From NCBI GenBank assembly GCA_965219415.1, contig OZ244742.1, forward strand, positions 1,280,001 through 1,344,000: DNA of 64,000 nt, written 5' to 3'. The notes below the pieces were generated by a model. The model did no database searches and was not told where the DNA came from. It saw only the letters and a program-made list of their open reading frames with translations. Every line of letters starts with the position of its first letter. Within the stretch, counting starts at the first letter, position 1. Origin of the DNA: Candidatus Marinacidobacterales bacterium (GTDB taxonomy: Bacteria > Acidobacteriota > Vicinamibacteria > Marinacidobacterales > DATDRI01). The position numbers and the translations under genes were made by a program. Positions 60,939 to 64,000 of this stretch are shown here, piece by piece.

Positions 60939-62276
60939 CTATTCCGCTCGTATAGCTTGCTCTTGCAAATCGGCTTGTCGGCGGTCCGATTTCGGAAGAT
61001 GGCTTTCGTACACCTCAAGGGTGCGTCGGGCCTCCTGCTCGACACTGTAGTGCTCGTGAACACCGTGACGCCCGTTGCGACCCAATTCTTTCGCTAAATC
61101 GGGATCCTCCCGAATTGTGACGATCCCCTCGGCCACGCGGGTGCCGTCTTCGGAATCGACCAGAATCCCGCCGCCTGTTTTCTCTAGTATCTCTGGAAAA
61201 GCCCCGTGGCGGGGCTGTACGACCGGAACGCCGCAGGCCATTGCCTCCAACAGGTACATACCCTTCGGTTCCTTGTAGCCGCTGGGCACGGAGAGAACGT
61301 CCAGACCCTGCAGGAACTCAACCTTACCCGCGCGGTCGAGAGTTCCGTGGTATCGGAACTCCCCGTCGAGTCCCCAGTCGCGCATTTGTTGCTCGATACC
61401 TCGGAGGTAGGCACGGTGCTCCGGCCCCAAATAACCCGCGACCTCGAGCCGCGCGTCCGTCGAGCCACTGTCTTTGCGGAGGCGGCGGTAGGCCTCGACG
61501 AGGTTGTGCAATCCTTTCTCCGGCGCCACTCGTGCGAAGTATCCAATGGTGAAAGGCCCCGTCCGAGAACGTGGCCGAGTCTCATAGCCCTTCAGATTGA
61601 TGCCCAAGGGAACCACGTACATTTTCTCCTCGGGAACCTGGAGGTAGTCCGCCATGAATCCTGCGTAATAGTCGCTCACTGCAACGAATCCGTCGACGTG
61701 CTGGATGCTCTCTCTAATCAACTCGAGCGCTCTCGCCTTGTAAGGCTCTCGTAACCCCTCGATAAAGAGATCCTCGCCTTGAAGGGTGCAAAACACCAGG
61801 CGGTTCACGGCCTTTTTGATGGGCGCGGCCAACCCGATGAGGAGCGAGTTGGGAAGGTTGATGACGTCGGGTCTCGGTTGGTTCTCGAGCCAGTGCAGGA
61901 GTTTCTGCAGTTCCTTATGATGGACGCCAGCTTCGCCCGCGAGCATCGAGATGGTGAGTTCTCCGAGAAGAGCAGGGTCGGTCGATACGGAAAAGCGCAT
62001 TGCGGTTTTGATGGCGAGGGAGGAATCCCAGAGCCGATCGAGCAGCCAAGGCGTCTTGCGGAAGATCGGCACGTACTGCTGGAGATAGACGCTCACTCCG
62101 CCGAAGAGGACTTTGCTTTCGCTGACGTTGGTCTCGTCGGTCAGAGTCGGCGTGTAGACCGGCAGCAGAACAACGCTATGCCCCAGCGACTTGAGCTCCG
62201 CGGCTAATGCGTTGTCGCGGAGGCAGCTACCGCAATACATCCCGCCCGCACCGGCGGTTATGAAAAGAATCTGCAT
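60939..62276 (-). CDS. GT4-family glycosyltransferase with N-terminal CxxC
   Basis: TAGAGGMYCGSCLRDN, ARVAPEKG, EPKGMYLLEAMACGVPVV (EX7E). Confidence 0.88.
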   Translation of the reverse strand: MQILFITAGAGGMYCGSCLRDNALAAELKSLGHSVVLLPVYTPTLTDETNVSESKVLFGGVSVYLQQYVPIFRKTPWLLDRLWDSSLAIKTAMRFSVSTDPALLGELTISMLAGEAGVHHKELQKLLHWLENQPRPDVINLPNSLLIGLAAPIKKAVNRLVFCTLQGEDLFIEGLREPYKARALELIRESIQHVDGFVAVSDYYAGFMADYLQVPEEKMYVVPLGINLKGYETRPRSRTGPFTIGYFARVAPEKGLHNLVEAYRRLRKDSGSTDARLEVAGYLGPEHRAYLRGIEQQMRDWGLDGEFRYHGTLDRAGKVEFLQGLDVLSVPSGYKEPKGMYLLEAMACGVPVVQPRHGAFPEILEKTGGGILVDSEDGTRVAEGIVTIREDPDLAKELGRNGRHGVHEHYSVEQEARRTLEVYESHLPKSDRRQADLQEQAIRAE

Positions 62277-62336
62277 CTTCGAAAGGAATCCTACTGTGCC
62301 CATTCGATCCGCGCAATCCCACCAGGTGCCAGGCGT

Positions 62337-62729
62337 TTGGTGGCTGGCGGCTACGCTTCGCTGTCTCTATACTGCCCGCAGGCGAGAATTTCCGTGGTTA
62401 GAGGCGTTAGAGGAACGGCTTTGATGGTAATTGCCCTCTTCTGGCCTGGGCCTGCCTTCACGAGCGCGCAAACTACTGAGACGGATGGAGAGAAGAAGTC
62501 CCTGAAACAGTTCCTCCACGTCTACGACTACGACCCCCGGGAGCTACACGAGATCTGGCGACAATCAGAGCAGGAGAAGCACCTAACTGGTCCCTTTTGG
62601 CTTGGCGGTTACTACATCCCGCCGAGCCAACAGCCAGGCCCTAACGTGGGCCCTCCGCTACAAATCTGGGGTCGCGGGTTCGGAACTAGTCTGTGGAGGG
62701 ATCCGGTCACCGGCTGGCCCACCCGTTGA
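62337..62729 (+). CDS. Small hypothetical, possibly secreted protein (start uncertain, perhaps 62421/62424)
   Basis: Only sizeable ORF in the gap; signal-peptide-like segment ending SAQ. Confidence 0.4.
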   Translation: MVAGGYASLSLYCPQARISVVRGVRGTALMVIALFWPGPAFTSAQTTETDGEKKSLKQFLHVYDYDPRELHEIWRQSEQEKHLTGPFWLGGYYIPPSQQPGPNVGPPLQIWGRGFGTSLWRDPVTGWPTR

Positions 62730-62792
62730 ACGCGCCCACGCGCCACCCTTTTGTAGGGAGTAGAACGCCAGCTTTTGTCGTCTCCTCTAAGC

Positions 62793-63715
62793 GTGGCAAG
62801 GAGACTTCGCTTCATACCTAAGGGGTACATGGTCGAGGTCGGGAACCGGACCATTCAGGGACGCTTCCTGCTCCGCCCAACCCCTAAGCTCACCGACATC
62901 ATTCTCGGCGTCCTAGGTCGGGCCCAGCGCCTTTATGGCATGAACATTCACGCGTTCGTTTTTCTATCCAATCACTACCACATGCTCGTCTCGCCGACGA
63001 GCACCAAACAACTCGCCGATTTCATGTGTTTCGTGGACACGAACATCGCCAAGGAGGCGGGAAAGCTGGCTAACTGGAAGGGCGCGTTCTGGGCCGGCCG
63101 CTATAGCGCGATCGTTGTGAGCAGCGAAGAGCCGGCGCAAATTGGGCGGCTCCAATACGTTCTTTCCAACGGTTGCAAGGAAGGTTTGGTGGCAAGGGCC
63201 CAAGATTGGACCGGGGCTAGTACCGCATCGGCCCTTATGGAAGGCATGAACACCCTCTCCGGCCATTGGTACGATCGCACCAAAGAGTACCGAGCCCGAC
63301 AGGCAGGTCGAACGGAGCTCTTTGTCGTGCCGGAGACAGTCACGCTCTCGTCCCTACCTTGCTGGGCCCACCTAGAAAGCACAGAGCGCCTCCTTCTCAT
63401 GAGGCAAATGGTTGGGGAAATTGAGGATGCTACCGAGAAAATGCACAGAGAAAATGGTTCTTCGCTATTGGGCATGGACAAGGTTCTTCAACGGCATCCT
63501 CACTCCCGCCCCAAGGACTTCGCCCCTTCCCCGCTCCCCTTTTTCATGTAGCTTCCAAGCGGGTTCGAAGATTGCTCGTAGAGGCCTATTCCACCTTCGC
63601 AGAGAACTATCGCCATGCTGCAGAACGTCTGAAGGCTGGCGATCTCCAAGTTAGTTTCCCCGCCGGAAGTTTCCCTCCTGCTTGCCCGTACATACCAGCA
63701 TCCGGCTTCGGATAG
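62793..63715 (+). mobile_element. Y1/HUH tyrosine transposase (RAYT-like); frameshift in the T5 run at 63540-63544
   Basis: HAFVFLSNHYHML (HUH), FWAGRYS, YVLSN..K.GLV. The shifted frame continues HVASK...FPAGSFPP...FG*. Confidence 0.78.
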
Positions 63716-63760
63716 CACAAATCGCCGGTCGTTACGCTCTGGGACATGGGCGGCCGGACA

Positions 63761-64000
63761 TCACTGGATCAAAAACTGAACGCTGGCGTACGCGGCGAAT
63801 GGATCAGCGGGAATTACTGCAGAATTGCCGAACCCGCGAGTCTCGAAGGCGCGGTTCGTTAAGTTATTCAAGTTCAGGCTCAGCTTCCATTGGCCGACCC
63901 GATAGTAGACGTTCGCGCCGAGCGTAAAGTATCCGGGGATCTCGAAGATGTTGTCGGGGGCGATGAACTGCCTGCCAACATAACGCGCACCTCCTCCCAG
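63761..64000 (-). CDS. TonB-dependent receptor, C-terminal fragment (partial)
   Basis: LGGGARYVG...IPGYFTL...WKLSLNLNNLTN...P...YASVQFLIQ* matches the TBDR C-terminal pattern. Confidence 0.8.
   Translation of the reverse strand: MGGGARYVGRQFIAPDNIFEIPGYFTLGANVYYRVGQWKLSLNLNNLTNRAFETRGFGNSAVIPADPFAAYASVQFLIQ

Overview
GC-rich bacterial chromosomal window, most likely Acidobacteriota/Vicinamibacteria-like (inferred from gene content and the rplM-rpsI-rpsB-tsf-pyrH-frr order). The first ~23 kb is housekeeping: lapA/lapB, coaE, folD, accBC, Xaa-Pro peptidase, roadblock and TPR genes, pilMNOPQ, ribosomal/translation genes, threonine synthase and an AlaX editing protein. The middle holds a YaiO-HEAT-GT2 polysaccharide cassette, a TAXI-TRAP transporter, a histidine kinase fused to a truncated peroxiredoxin-like domain, and an M1 peptidase. 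From ~34.8 to 62.3 kb lies the best candidate for an undescribed system: a GT4 glycosyltransferase, an EhpF/GriC-like adenylating enzyme and a GriD/LuxC-like reductase, a LolD/double-FtsX ABC exporter, an Fe-alcohol dehydrogenase, a sodium:solute symporter and six exported PQQ-like beta-propeller proteins. No phenazine, PQQ or lux core genes are present in the window. Mobile DNA comprises two near-identical ISL3 copies (each with its own 8-bp TSD and a shared A7 -1 frameshift site), one IS256, an mltB gene hit by both IS types, a Y1/RAYT-like transposase and a family of REP-like intergenic repeats. About ten single-base frameshifts, mostly in homopolymers, suggest long-read assembly errors. 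No rRNA, tRNA or CRISPR array was seen. Family assignments come from motif reading only, with no database searches.
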